DNA of 63,706 bases, filler included, from Sphacelaria rigidula (GCA_964200075.2; 8 parts of 8 records of this genome joined end to end with filler, not necessarily neighbours in it); one strand, 5' to 3'. Positions 47,859 through 61,172 are shown, counted from the whole stretch's first letter. Translations and numbers: made by a program. The notes: generated by a model not told the origin, from the sequence alone.

Positions 47859-50800
47859 GATCCCACACTGCACAATCAAGGACGACAATGGGCATCAACT
47901 GACAGTGTGAATACAGGGCCTCATCGTTCCAGGTCTGGGACGCAACATCTTCTCGCCCACATCGCTTCTGAAGAAGGGACTTAGATTCGTCGTCGAAGAG
48001 GACACTCCACACCTCACAATGCATGGCGCAGTCGTACCTCTCACACAGGATCCGCGAGACCAAGGGATGTGCACACTGGACCTCGGCTTCGAGGAAAACA
48101 TCACACCTGCGACATCCGTCTCCAAGCCACCGAGGAAGTAGGCCGGATCGAGCGCTATCGGAAGACCCGAGACCACAACGCTGGTCAGCAAACCCAGTGC
48201 GGTGTGTTCTCTCGCGGTAAGCGCAGACATTTGGCACCGAAGACTTGGACACCTCAATCAGCGCAGCATGGACATCTTGCGCCGGCAAAAAGGCACCGGC
48301 GTCGAATACCAGGACAAGCCATCACCCTGCAAGGTATGCGAGATCGCCAAGCACAAGCAAACTTCTCATCCGAAGAAGACCACTCGCGAGCTGTCTCGAC
48401 CAGGACAACTGGTATGCATCGACAACCTGGGACCGATCCAGCCACCTGCGAGGTCGAAAGGAGGCGCATTCTCCTATGTGTGCAAGTTCACCGATGGTTA
48501 CTCAAGAATGAAGGAAATATGTCTGCTCCACCACAAGACCGAGACAACGGAAGCCCTTCACGCCTACAACATGCAAGTGGCGGCTGCCGGGGGCTACCGC
48601 ATTGAAATTGTCCGATGCGACGAAGGAGGAGAGAATACCGGGGAGGAGTTCCGCACCTACTGCAAGGACTCTGGAATCAAGATCGAGTACGCCGCCACCA
48701 ATACCCCTCAACAAATCGGTGTGTCAGAGAGAGACGACCAGAGTAGGGATCACAATGTGTCTCTTTTAAGATGGAGACTTTCCGCCATTCATGTGGGGCG
48801 AACTGATGCCCACTGCGGCATATCTGGCCAACAGATCGCCGCACTCAGCGTCAGGAGGAGCTACGCCGTACTCGAGGATGTATAACAAGACGCCCGACCT
48901 CTCACGACTTCGTGTTATCGGAGCCCGCGCATTTGTCCATCACGAGAAGTACGAGAAGAAGCTGGAAGACAGGGATTTCGAGGGAATACTCTGTGGATTC
49001 GGACTGGACAGCAAGACTTACCGCGTCTACAACCCATCCAACGGAACTGTGGTCGAGAGCCGAAATGTGACTTTCATCGAAACACCAGCTCGGACCGTCC
49101 CCTACCAATTCTCCGATGAAGACCACGGCTTTGAAGGTGATGTCCTGAGCTTCACTTCCTTGCTTGGGAACGACGGATCGACTGATGACTTCAGTGGATC
49201 GCACGTTGACGAGTTGGACTTCCAGACCCAGAACGAGCTTCTTCGACAGAAAATCAGAAGCATGCAACGAGACAACATCGCTCGAGAAGAGCTGCGCTTT
49301 GATGCAGCAAGTGATGCTGGATATGATGATCATCTCGCCTCCGACAGTGGCCAGAGTCCTTCGGATTCTCCATCTCCGGAACATGGATCAACCACGCCGG
49401 GACCATCAACGACGCTAAACATCACCGGAAACGCTACAACAGCTGGAGGGTCGCCAGGGCCATCGGCTACCCCGTCGGGCATGCGACGCTTTGAGGTGAC
49501 TCGCGCTGCCACACGCAGGAATCTGACTCACGACGATCCTGTCGACCTTGATCTTGTTCCAAGCTCTCTGGAAATGAACATGAAGGACAGTGGCCGCTCC
49601 CACTTGGCCGTCAGCCGGATCGATCCCACCGGCCTCACTTCTGCCCAGTCGGCGGAGATTGTCGAACAAGCACACCGCCCGTGCCCTGGTGACGTCGAGG
49701 ATTTCGCCCATGTTGATGAAGACCCTTTCTGAATTCTCGGACTTACGTGTACGCCACGAGCAGTACTCTGAAAGGACTCTTGGAGGAGACAAAACAAGCG
49801 ATCAAGATTCCCAGCACCTACGCCGAAGCCATGGGCTCCCCTCAACACAAGGAATGGAAAGGCGCATGCGGGAAAGAAATGGACAGCCTACAGAAACACC
49901 ACGTCTTCAACCGCGTTCCACTTAGTAGCATGGCCAAGGGAGAAAAGATCCTTCCCACCAAGTTCGTCTTCAAGCAAAAGGTGGATGGTCGCTTCAAAGC
50001 ACGCTTGGTCGTCGGTGGACACCTACAAGAAGCAGGACATGACTACAGGAGAAGTTACGCGCCAGTATGTCGTCTTGGGAGCATTCGTATGGTGCTGGCT
50101 ATAGCCTGCGACAAAGGATGGCCAGGTTATCAAATGGGCGTGGTGGTGGCATTCCTGAACGCTCACTGCGACAGAGACGTGTACGTCAAACCCGCCTCAG
50201 GCGACAGGCTCAAGGACCCCGTGACAGGCGAGCCAGTAGTTTACAAGCTGGAGCGCAGCCTCTACGGATTGTCACAGTCCCCGTCTTTGTGGAACGACGC
50301 TCTGGACGAAGCACTCGTCGTGTTCGAATGGAAACGTACGCAGTCAGATCCCTACGTATATGTCTACGGAAGCGGTGAAACTCTGGTAATCCTCACCATA
50401 TACGTCGACGACATGCTCATCACTGGAAAGGATCAGGACTCGATCAAGAAGAAGAAGGAGGAACTCACGGATCGGTTCGAGATGACCGACATGGGAGAAG
50501 TCAAGCGTATTCTCGACATCGAGGTCCAGAGGGACTACGAGCGTGGGACGACGGCTATCTCGCAAGAGCACTACGTCGCCACGATTCTGGAACGATTTGG
50601 AATGCAAGAGGGCAATCCGGTTAGGACGCCAGGATACGGAGGAGAGCTCTCCATGGATCAACCTCAAGACCAGCTTCTTGGAGCCGCAGACAAAAAATTG
50701 TACCAGTCCATCACGGGGAGCTTGCTCTACCTTGCTCAATGCACAAGATACGACCTGTGTTATGCAGCTCACCAACTGACGAGAGCATGCAACAACCCAG

Positions 50801-51360
50801 CACAGGTGCAACTGACTGCAGCCAAGCATGTATTACGATACCTTCGCGGCGCCCCGGATCTTCCCATCGTCTACAAGCAGGGATAATTCCGATTCACGGC
50901 ATTCACCGACTCATCCTTTGGAGCAAACCCAGACAACGGGGAATCCACTACAGGATACCTCTTGTTTCTGGGAGGGGGACTCATAAGCTTCGGGTCCAAG
51001 ACTCAGGCTCTCACCTCGCAGAGCACAGTCGAAGCTGAGCGTCAAGCGCTTAGCTTTGGTGCCAGGGAAGCGGTGTATCTCTCGAACTTCATGAGGGAAC
51101 TTGGATTCAAGACCTTCGGATCGGTGCCTATCAACAGCAACAGCACCAGAGCTTTGACTGTGGCAGGAAATGCTATGTTCAGCTCTCGTACCAAGCACAT
51201 AGCATTCCGCTACTTCTTCGTGAGGGAGCTCATCAAGCGGAACCAGATCAGGCTCCATCACCAGCCCAGCGAGAAACAGCTCGCTGACTTGGCAACAAAG
51301 CATTTACCGAAGCACCGTTTGGCTTCAATTGTGAAACAGATCAAGGACTTCAGTTGTTGA
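47859..51360 (+). pseudogene. copia pol of copy A, disrupted
   Basis: Frameshifting deletion near 48740 relative to copy B, a frameshift with stop near 49730, and an in-frame TAA at 50884-50886. Confidence 0.85.
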
Positions 51361-51645
51361 ATAAAGGACGTGAAACAGTCATGTAGACTTGGATAGGCGC
51401 AAAAGGTCTGCACCGGATAAGTATGTTTTTTGTTTGTCTAGTTTTGATACGTAGTCAAATAGGGGGTCGAGGAGGATGATGACTGGACGAGCCGTTATAC
51501 CTGGTGTATTTTGTTTTCATGATCAGGGATCGGTCGTGTGTGGTAGAATACTCTTGATACGATACTAGCCAAGGGGTGGAGGCAATTGGCAAGCTTTGCA
51601 GTGCTCCCTCTATTATCTTGAACTAGTTGCCTGATCGGGGGGTCG

Positions 51646-52364
51646 TGTCAGGGAAATGGCATGTATGAATGCAAGCAATCAGACACAGATTTACCTTTGT
51701 TGACGATTGCAGCAACTAGTCTCAGTCTGGGCAGTAACAGCAGTAGCAGTACTGGTGCAACCAAGAGAAGTATCTGACTTGTACACGGGTTGCTGTATCT
51801 CCGTAGAACTTGCTGTAAGTATGCTGAATTCTTCTGGAAACACTTCCAGAACGTTCTTTGTAGATCTTGATGATTCTGGATTCCGTGTATGTGGGGGAGT
51901 GTTGGAATATTCAATGTCAGTCACTGGTAACGACTACTATCTATCGTAAGTTATCGTAAACAAGTAAGAAACCATTTGAGTGTTCCAGAAATAGTCTGCG
52001 GTATATTCTGCGGTACATTATGTTTCCAGAACAAGTTGTCGGGGGATTAATCGGGAGTTATCGGTTGTAATATCGCGCGAGTGCTCTAGACGTGTGGAAG
52101 TTCTGGAAGTTCATTAGCTGATCGGTAGGCTCGCACACTTGGTGCTCGCCCACCTGATCACTCCTCTACTACTTCTCTTCTTCATGACCATGAGCGAAAA
52201 CTTGACTTCAGGAGTCAGTCAATAATAAACATCTTCATTTCTTCAGTCAAATTCTCTGATGGATCAAACCGTGGCCCGAGTGTAATCCTCCGCGGTAGGC
52301 TACTCAGTCTACAAAGCACACGCAGCACAGCACCGCTGCAGGTGCAGGACGCCTTACACTCTCA
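51646..52364 (+). repeat. Single LTR (~719 bp, TG...CA) shared by copia copies A and B
   Basis: Preceded by a G-rich PPT (gatcggggggtcg, ending at 51645). Starts TGTCAG, ends ..CTCTCA, and is immediately followed by the PBS. Contains AATAAA near 52223. Confidence 0.8.
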
Positions 52365-52375
52365 GGTTATGAGCC
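52365..52375 (+). promoter_or_regulatory. Primer-binding site complementary to the anticodon stem-loop of initiator tRNA-Met (half-tRNA priming)
   Basis: GGTTATGAGCC directly after the LTR-terminal CA. This is the PBS class used by yeast Ty5 and Drosophila copia. Confidence 0.8.
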
Positions 52376-52755
52376 TCGCTTATACGCGTACACCACGAGC
52401 TGCGGACATCACGGGGAGGTCAAGACAAGCCTTCTCGCTGCATATCAAAATTGATCTGTGGACACGAGAAAAAAATGGTCTCGAAGATCTTCGGAGATTG
52501 CGGCGCCGTCAGCGGTCAACGGCAACAAAAGTAAGCGCGCAAATTTGGTCATCTATACCAGGGTGCTGGGAATTCACCTTTGATATACACACATCACCAC
52601 TACTGCGGCAGTACTGGATGTATCTGCGGCGAGCCATCAGCAAGTTTGCGTCGCGTGGGAAAGCCTCGAGTTTCTTACACTTCGAGCAAGTTCCTCTGCG
52701 GCAGAAGGAAACACGACTACTACTACTGGTGTATCTACGCAGCAATGGAAAAGAC

Positions 52756-53019
52756 GATCAACAACCGGCGTCCGCTACATCGTTAGCAGCAGCGGGATCG
52801 TGAAAGGACGATCAACAATCGGAGTCCGCTACATCGTTAGCAGGAGCGGGATCAGGAAAATACGATCAGCAACCGGAGTCCTCTACATCGTTAGCAGGAG
52901 CGGGATCGGGAAAAGACAATCAACAATCGGAGTCCTCTACATTGTTAGCAGGAGCGGGATCGGGAAGACGACCTACAACCGGAGTCCTCTTTATCACTAG
53001 CAGGAGGGACGTCGGGAAG
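52756..53019 (+). repeat. Five ~54-bp tandem repeats in the copia 5' UTR
   Basis: gatcaacaaycggagtccNctacatcgttagcaggagcgggatcgggaaaagac units start at 52756, 52810, 52864, 52918 and 52970. Confidence 0.9.
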
Positions 53020-53123
53020 CCTCGGGTACATACTTTACCGCGAGCAATCATACTCCTGCGGCAGGAGTTAGATCTACACAGCAGAACAGGAGACGAAGAT
53101 CGCAAAGTCTTCGCTGGAAGCGA

Positions 53124-55658
53124 ATGATGACTGTGGCTTCAACGAATTTCGGAGGCGGCAGAGCTGTCGGAGCCGGTAGCTCCGCCAACCTGAGCAACGC
53201 CATCAGAGGGCTCAAGAAATTCGACGGAAAGGATCCGGCTGAATTCAAGAACCAGATGAAGAAGCTGTGCGTTGTCTTGGGAGTAACACCGAGGGGCATT
53301 TTGCTACTCCTCAAGGACGAAAGGAAGCCAGATCCAAGTGACACCGAAGCTGTTGAGGCATACACAAGATCGAACGAAGATCTCGACGCCATCCTGTTTC
53401 TACTCGTCGAACTACCGGCCGCCTTGTCGGTACACAAGCATGAAGATGACAGCGGGATCAGCGACGACGGACAGGCAGCCTTCAAAGAGCTCTGAAGCAA
53501 CTACGACAGAGTGATCGATGAGGTGATTCGAGCAAAGATGTCGGAGCTGGAGAACTCCCCTATGAACACTGGGGAGAACCCGGACGACTACTTCAACCAG
53601 AAACATCTTCTTCGCGCACAGATCGAGAAAATGGGGGAAACTATCTCCGATCATCGATTCAAGGACATCTGCGTGCAAGGCTTCTCCGACGAGTACAACG
53701 ACGTCAAGATGATGGTGTTTAGCGACCCCACGTTCGAAGTGCTACAAATGCAATCGACATTGCGCAACATTTTTATGGACGCACAATCACGCAAAGGCTC
53801 CAACGGGCGAATTACCCGTCGAGGATTTGCAATGACTACTGCGGTGTCTGAAGTGGTATGTCACGACTGCAACGAAACCGGGCACATCAGGAGGAACTGT
53901 CCGAGGTTCAAGGCCAAAGGGAAGAAGAAAACAAAGCCCGCTGGAGCGACAAAATGGCGCACCATCAACAACACCACGACTCACTCGGACGAAAAACGCT
54001 ACAAGCAAGGAGCAAAGCGATCCGAAGAGACGAAGGAAGCAAGCAAGGCATTCTCGGCATGCTCGCACTGCGCTAACTGCACATCATTTTCGACAAGCAA
54101 AGAAACGAGCAACGAGAAGGCAGCTATCGACTTTACCCGCGAAGAGGACGACTTCGACGGCGGCTTCATGTTCGCTACGTTCTCTCCGAATAGAGGATGG
54201 ACCTTCATAGCGAGCGCCACAAGAACGCCATTTCTGGTAGACTCGGGCGCATCAGAGACCATGTTCGATGACAGACTCATCTCGAGGAGACACATCCACG
54301 ATTACAAGGAGCGCTCCACGCCGAAGATTATCGAGGTAGTGGGCCAGAGTCAACTGAAAGGGACGGCGGCAGAGATCCTACACTGCACAATCGAGGACGA
54401 CAATGCGCATCGACTGCCAGTGCGAATACAGGGCCTCATCGTTCCAGGTCTGGGACGCAACATCTTCTCGCCCACATCGCTTCTGAAGAAGGGACTTAGA
54501 TTCGTCGTCGAAGCGGACACTCCACACCTCACAATGCATGGCGCAGTCGTACCTCTCACATAGGATCCGCGAGACCAAGGGATGTGCACACTGGACGTCG
54601 GCTTCGAGGTAAACATCATACCTGCGACATCCGTCTCCAAGACACCGAGGGAGGAGGACGGACCGAGCGCCTTCGGAAGACCCGCGACCACAACGCTGGT
54701 CAACAAATCCAGTGCGGTGTGTTTTCTTGCGGTAAGCGCAGACATTTGGCACCAGAGACTTCGACACCTCAACCAGCGCAGCATGGACATCTTGCGCCGA
54801 CAAAAAGGCACTGGTGTCGAATACCAGGACAAACCATCACCCTGCGACGTATGCGAGATCGCCAAGCACAAGCAAACTTCTCATCCGAAGAAGACCACTC
54901 GCGAGCTGTCTCGACTGGGACAACTGGTAAACATCGACAACATGGGACCGATCCAGCCACCGGCGAGGTCGAAAGGAGGCACATGCTCCTATGTGTGCAA
55001 GTTCACCGATGGTTACTCTAGAATGAAGAAAGTATTCCTGATCCGCCACACGACCGAGACAACGGAAGCCCCTCTTGCCTACAACATGCAAGTGGCGGCT
55101 GCCAGGGGCTACCGCATTGAAATTATCCGATGCGATAAAGTAGGAGAGAATGCCGGGGAGGAGTTCCGCACCTACTGCAAGGACTCTGGAATCAAGATCG
55201 AGTACGCCGCCACTAATACCCCTCAACAAATCGGTGTGTCAGAGAGAGACGGCCAGACCCTGGCAGAGATCACAAGGTGTCTCTTACGAGATGGAGACTT
55301 TCCGCCGTTCATGTGGGGCGAACTGATGCTCAGTGCGGCATATCTGGCCAACAGATCGCCGCACTCGGCGTTAGGAGGAGCTACGCCGTACTCGAGGATG
55401 TATAACAAGACGCCCGACCTCTCACGACTTCGCGTTATCGGAGCCCGCGCATTTGTCCATCACGAGCGGTACAAGAAGAAGCTGGAAGACAGGGCTTCCG
55501 AGGGCAAACTCTGTGGATTCGGACTGGACAGCAAGACTTACCGCGTCTACAACCCATCCAACGGAACTGTGGTCGAGAGCGGAAATGTGACTTTCATCGG
55601 AACACCGGCTCGGACCGTCCCCTACCAATTCTCCGATGAAGATCATGGCTACGAAAGT
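53124..55658 (+). pseudogene. copia gag-pol of copy B with premature stops
   Basis: One frame from ATG 53124, broken by TGA at 53493-53495 and TAG at 54561-54563 (CAG in copy A). Confidence 0.85.
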
Positions 55659-57674
55659 AACAGAGGGTTCTATAAAATGAGGTTCATCAATGAAATGAGG
55701 TTCGAGCCTAAAACAGTACTTTCTCCACACTNNNNNNNNNNNNNNNNNNNNNNNNNNNNNNNNNNNNNNNNNNNNTTAATTAATTAANNNNNNNNNNNNN
55801 NNNNNNNNNNNNNNNNNNNNNNNNNNNNNNNGCACACACATTAAAACCGTTCCGATATTTGCGCGGTACATTCGTACTGAGCATCTGATGCGGACGCCTT
55901 CCGTCGTCACAGGCTAGCAAAAACCGTGTGCTTTGGATTATCATCGCAGTTGGACGTCCTTCGGCAACGACTTCTGGTGCGATTTCCCACTCGAAGGCAA
56001 CAGGCACAATTTGAGGCGAACCCATGGTTCAAAGGGTGTAAGTGGGGGAAGGGGGGACAAGGGGGGGTTCCGATCGGTTTGTTCAATCCTTCTCCCTCAT
56101 GCCAAAACACACTTGATGCATGGGTCGTTGATGGAACCGGGGGCCCATGGACAGGACAAGGAGAGTATGCTTTTCACGTGAAGAGTTTTTCGTTTTTCGT
56201 CTTAGTTGCGTCTGGGCCGATCTATACAGCTACAGAAGCTCGGTTGATGGCGTAAAGCCATGATTGAAGGGGTTAGAATTTGGGCATGAGTTAGCACCCC
56301 CGATCGTTTCACGGTCCCAACATGAACTAGTGTCAAAATTGCTCGTCTTTACGTGCAGTGTCCAACCCCGCAAAAGGGGGACAGTGGTCTTGATATCGGG
56401 TACAGTACACTAGTATTAATTTATTATGATTATTTTTTATTTGTCGCACTTTAAACCCCCCCCCTTTCTCGGGACGAGTCCGTGGTCTCAAGCGATCAAC
56501 TCAGCTCTCCTCGGTACGCGCCTTGCATTTTGGTCTCGGGGATTGGGTCAGCACTTCCGTACCGCGTCGACTAACGTCAAACAAACTCAGCCGACCACTT
56601 TGTTTACTCACGCTCTCACGCTTCCCACGGTGGGAATCAGACATTAGGAAGAAAAAATCCAACGCGTCAGGAATCGTACCCTCGTTCTCTCCACCTCACT
56701 ATCCCTATATTACTCAATCGCAACACATGGGCAACACCCACGATAGAGGCAGCGTAGGCGCCTCTTCCTCGCCTTGGTAGACTGACCCTCTGTTTGCGCT
56801 GTGTACGGATATCCCAGTACTGTGGAGGAACAATCGCAAACGATCCTATAAATCAGTACAGCTGCAAAGCCGGTCCATTGGGGAAAATAGTCACCAACGT
56901 GAAGAAACGAAACAAAAAAAAACTTACGACACGTATACGTGGGAGACTGCCAGTCTTCACGTGCCTAACTGAAGAGTGCAGCAGGCTCTTCACAATCCAT
57001 GGATTTGTGTGTAGGGCGACGGGGCTGGAGGTGAAACAGCCGCTCACAACAACACGGGAGCACCTAGGACAGACACACTCGCGTAATCATGAGCCTTATT
57101 TATTTCGACGGGAGTAGGGAATGGTAAAGATATGATAACGCTTGCTATAGTCAATTGCTCATTGGTCACACATCCTTGGGCGGGTGCACGCGGGATACAT
57201 CCGGGTTGGCGAAGAACCTTAGGGTTCTGACCAAGAAGGATAAAAATACTCGGAACATCATTCCTGGGAGAGGGAGGGGGGGGATGGCGGCAGAGTGCAC
57301 AGTGTGGAGGGAGGGAAACGTTCATGTGTACGTTATTAGATGCAGTTTGATTCGTTGGAGATGAGGTGAACGGGGAAGGGAACAACAGATGTGGATGTTG
57401 GTGTGGTAAGTGTGCTTGTGGAGTGATAGAAGCGACGAATGCACGCAGCACGCACGCAGAGACAAGATTGAAGAAAAAAAAGTGGACAACGTCAAATATG
57501 TCGTGGCATACACCCGCCTCTCTTGGCCATCCTCGCTCGAACATATTGCTCTTGCATCTAAAAACCACTTCTCTACTTCACGTCATCTTGTTTCCCGCTC
57601 CTCCCACCACCCCCTTTTGCCCGTGTGAATCCCCCACGCCCTGTCCCGCGTTCATGTCCTGCCGTCAGCAACAG

Positions 57675-60600
57675 AGGAGGCCAATGTAGATGACAATGAT
57701 TCGGTGGCTACCGTCACGAATAACGAGGAAAACGGCGTGGAGGGTGTGGAAGATGTAGACGCCGAAGACATTGTGAATCAGGATGAAGCAGCAGCAGCGG
57801 CAGCCAGCGGTGATATGAATCGAGAAGATGCCGCTCAGACAGGCGACCCCGCCGTGGACACGGCTTTGGAGAATCGCCAGGAATTGGCCGACAAGGAAGA
57901 ATTGACGGAGGAGGATGTGTTGAGGGACGGCGACGCCGAGGGTGGTGTGGATGATGGTGATTCGGGAGAGAGCAATGGTGGCGGAGATGATGCTGATGAG
58001 GCAGGGAGGAAGTCAGAAGGATGGGGGGAGAAGGTGAAGTCGGCAGAGGTTTCTTTGAAGGGCGCGCTGAAGAGCTACGATCGTTTGTTGAGGGAGCACT
58101 ACCTCAAGATGTCGTTCGTGCAGGTGATTGATGAACGTCGCTGAAAAATCTCCGTCCTCTGTCGGCTGTGTCTTCACCTCGGGGCAGAGTGTTTTTTGTA
58201 CGAAAAATTCGAAGTTTCGTGACAATGTATGGCCAATGGTCGCAATTGGTCTATACTTTACGCAGTACCTTTCTGTGGATTGAAGTATTGATCGTATATT
58301 GCCACTGTCCAGGGTGTGAAGTTGTTCAGGCGAGTCTTTGTCGGCGGAGTCTGATTAGCCGTGTGGTTTCACATTGTCTACTCAGTTCTTCTCGTCTTCG
58401 GACGCGACTGTTGCAGGGAAAGTACGTGATATCATGCAAATGATGACAATCTTGCTGAAAATATGTGGTTATTTATATTATTATTATTTCTCTTTCCGCA
58501 CATTAGTCCGATCTCGCGAACCCGTGGTTACAGACGTAGGCTCAAACTAGTGTTACTCGTACTATTTATTGCTGCTTTCATCGCTAGACTGCCCTGCTAC
58601 TCTATGGGTGCTGACCCCACGTGGTACTGTGTGGAACATCTAGGCGCTACTCCATTGTCCAATCAATCCATTCACTCGTTTTTATGCGTTGTGGCCGATC
58701 TCACTCCTTTTGCACCACATACCCTCGGCCGATTCTGCAGGCGACGGCACTGGGTGTCGTGGGCGATTCGATTGCGCAGCACTTGGAGCGAAGATGGCAC
58801 CCTGGGCAACGATTTGACTTCACCCGTAGCGCCCACGCAGGCGTCCTCAACATGGTTATCGGTAAGCGAATCACAGTCGCTGCTTCAGGCACCCACCAAT
58901 ATAAAAATTCATGCAACGAAACAGATTTTTTTCTCGTCACAGAATGATGCAGGCCTGAGCGATTACACTCCTGCTGCTGCGCTTATTTTCTGTGGCCAAC
59001 TCCTGATCAGAGTATAATCAAGGAGAGATTCGTCATCGACGATTACCCTAGTGGCGATGAGAAGACGCCGTAGTCTAAGAGCTACTTGTGTGGGCTATAA
59101 ACCCCCCGCCCGCCACCCTCTCCACCTTCCCTTTTCGTTTATTGCTAGAGGCAAGTGTCACACCGGCTCAGACTTTCCACATAATTCTAGCTTCGTGCAC
59201 ATAATACACTGCTATATGGTACTATATGGTACGAATTCGGTTCAAACTTAACAACGTACCCCCTCACAAACCCCACGCCCCATCCTCGTGCCCAGATGGA
59301 TTTTTCACCCCAAGGTGGTACAACCTGGTGGACAACGTGAACGAGGAACGAACGCTGCCAGTAGCTTTTGTCAAGGCTTTGGCAGCGAGCACCGTATATA
59401 GCCCTTTCGCCAACGGCCTGTTCCTCGCGGGGGCGAGGACGTTGCGCTACGGTCCTAAGGTGTGTATCTCTTGCGTTTTGTACAGTCCACGAGATGAGCA
59501 AGTTGTTGTAACTGCACCACAGACATGCCCTTCTCCCACTTTTGTTTATTGCCCATTTATCATCGTGACACAAGAGCAAAAATCAGCCTGGTCCGGCGAG
59601 AATCCGGCGTGCTCCGTCCCGGCTTTGTAGGGATGCGAGGTCAATGGTCTGATGACAATTGCATGCATGATCATGAGTACACCCCTTTCCCTCCCTCCCT
59701 CTCCTGATCTCTATTTTTGCTGCTGTGTCAGACACGGTTCAACTGGGCGGAGTGGAGGCGGCAGCTGATGATATGCACGGTGCGAGACTTCGAGGTGAGC
59801 GAGCACTATGAGAAAGAGTGCGAACGATTGTTGTTGTTGTTGTTGTTGTTATTGCTGTCGTTGCTTTTGCTGTTGCTTTTGCTGCTGCTGTCGTTGGTGC
59901 TGTCGTTGTACTGCGTTTGCAAGTCTCGAGCGAGCGTGGGACCTTATTTTTCTCGTATAATGATATCCTCCTCTGGAATACCCCCGAGATGTCCATTGAC
60001 AAAGCCAAAGAGTATGCGCGCGTGGAAATCGGGTTACAGAGCCATAAATTTCAACACATTTCCACGTGAATCGACTCTCCTCACGCTCACTCAACGTGTT
60101 AGTCCCCACCTCGGGAGAGGAATCAAGTGCAAGACTCGGCGTAGACTGTTGCAAACGGCATGCTGTTTCTTGGAGGGGACAATCAATGGTGGTGTCCCAG
60201 CGAAACCCCCATCACGCATGCGACGGGCAAGGCCAGAAAGGGGGCAGGGCGCCCCTGACTCGCTTGTGCGAGGCATTGTTGCACTAGGCTTGTCCTGGTG
60301 GAGGTTCACGCGCGTGGTAGTAACGTGCTCAGCAAAAACACGCAAAGTGTTTACACACACCGCCTGGGACACACGAGCGCAGGCAGGCAAGCAAGGAGGT
60401 AGAAGAGTACGACAACAACAAAGTAGGCGCAAATGACAGAGGTACATGCATTGCCTCGTTCTCCCGGGTATATTTTTTTCGAGTCCGATACCGTGTGTCG
60501 GGTGCGATACGCAACCGTGGGTGACGCAAGATGTGGCTTGGCTCGCGAAGGCAAGCACGGCGAGCGCGCAAGAGACCAAGAAGAAAGCGAGAACAACGAG

Positions 60601-61064
60601 TGGACAGTCTGTTAGATCGGGGAGTACACACCACACATGAACAAAAAATAAAAATAAAAGTGCGAAACAAAGTGTGGCGGAAAAGGAGCGGACCCCTAAA
60701 CACGCCGTCACCAACTCCCACGTCACCATCAACGCCGATGCCGATGCCGCCGATGCCGCTGCCCGTATGCGTACGTTGCCCAAATCCGATCAAGCAGATG
60801 TGGCCGCCGTTGCACATCCTTAGTTTCTGGCTCCTGCCGAAACACTGGCGGCCGCTGGCGAGCCACATGGTCGGCGTGGCGCTCCTGGCCGTCATCTCGA
60901 GGACGGGCCTCACGGACGCGGCGCTTCCTTTGGGGCAGCGGACAGCGCCCTTGCTGATGCGCTGGACGAAGACCGCAGCAAGGGCGATCGGGAATCGCGT
61001 GGGAGCTAGGGATCGGAGGGCAACGGCGACGGGTCCGCCGGCAGCGACGAGGACGGCCTGGTAG
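57675..61064 (+). CDS. Mpv17/PMP22 family membrane protein; exons 57675-58123, 58741-58861, 59296-59459, 59732-59794, 60798-61064 (first exon not identified)
   Basis: YDRLLREHYLKMSFVQ/ATALGVVGDSIAQ...FDFTRS.../DGFFTPRWYNLVD...KALAASTVYSP.../..MWPPLHILSFWLLPKHWR matches the GDxIAQ, D..R, WY..LD and WP..F..P pattern of Mpv17/PMP22. Junctions are GT-AG and in phase. Confidence 0.85.
58469..58543 (-). mobile_element. Short 3' fragment of the (AAT)n-tailed retroposon, in an Mpv17 intron
   Basis: Reverse complement of the 33951-34010 sequence. Confidence 0.65.
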
Positions 61065-61121
61065 TAGAACACGCAAGGAAATTTTCAAGAGTGCGGCGCC
61101 TCCGCCGCGTCTGGCCAGCAC

Positions 61122-61172
61122 TGCTGCTGCTGCTGCTGCTGCTGCGTGCATGCGGCCATACTGCCAAAGCAG

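Larger units (their letters stand above)
47857..52364 (+). mobile_element. Ty1/copia LTR retrotransposon copy A (5'-truncated by the contig start): integrase, RT, RNase H, PPT, 3' LTR
   Basis: WHRRLGHLN...CKVCEIAK (integrase zinc-binding region), IVRCDEGGE, TPQQIGVSER, RFKARLVVGG, LYGLSQS, YVDDML, FTDSSFG and RTKHI. The INT-RT-RH order defines copia. Confidence 0.95.
51646..55658 (+). mobile_element. Ty1/copia LTR retrotransposon copy B: LTR, PBS, gag, protease, integrase (interrupted near 55659)
   Basis: gag (LKKFDGKDP...; zinc knuckle CHDCNETGHIRRNC), protease FLVDSGASETM, and an integrase highly similar to copy A. Confidence 0.93.

Noticed and set aside
48902..55730. Minus-strand ORFs across the copia region
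   Set aside because: Antisense shadows of the GC-rich gag-pol frame, with no independent motifs.
59717..60783. Long ORFs of 239 and 230 aa
   Set aside because: Apart from the 63-nt Mpv17 exon, they run through intronic microsatellite and repeat sequence with no protein motifs.
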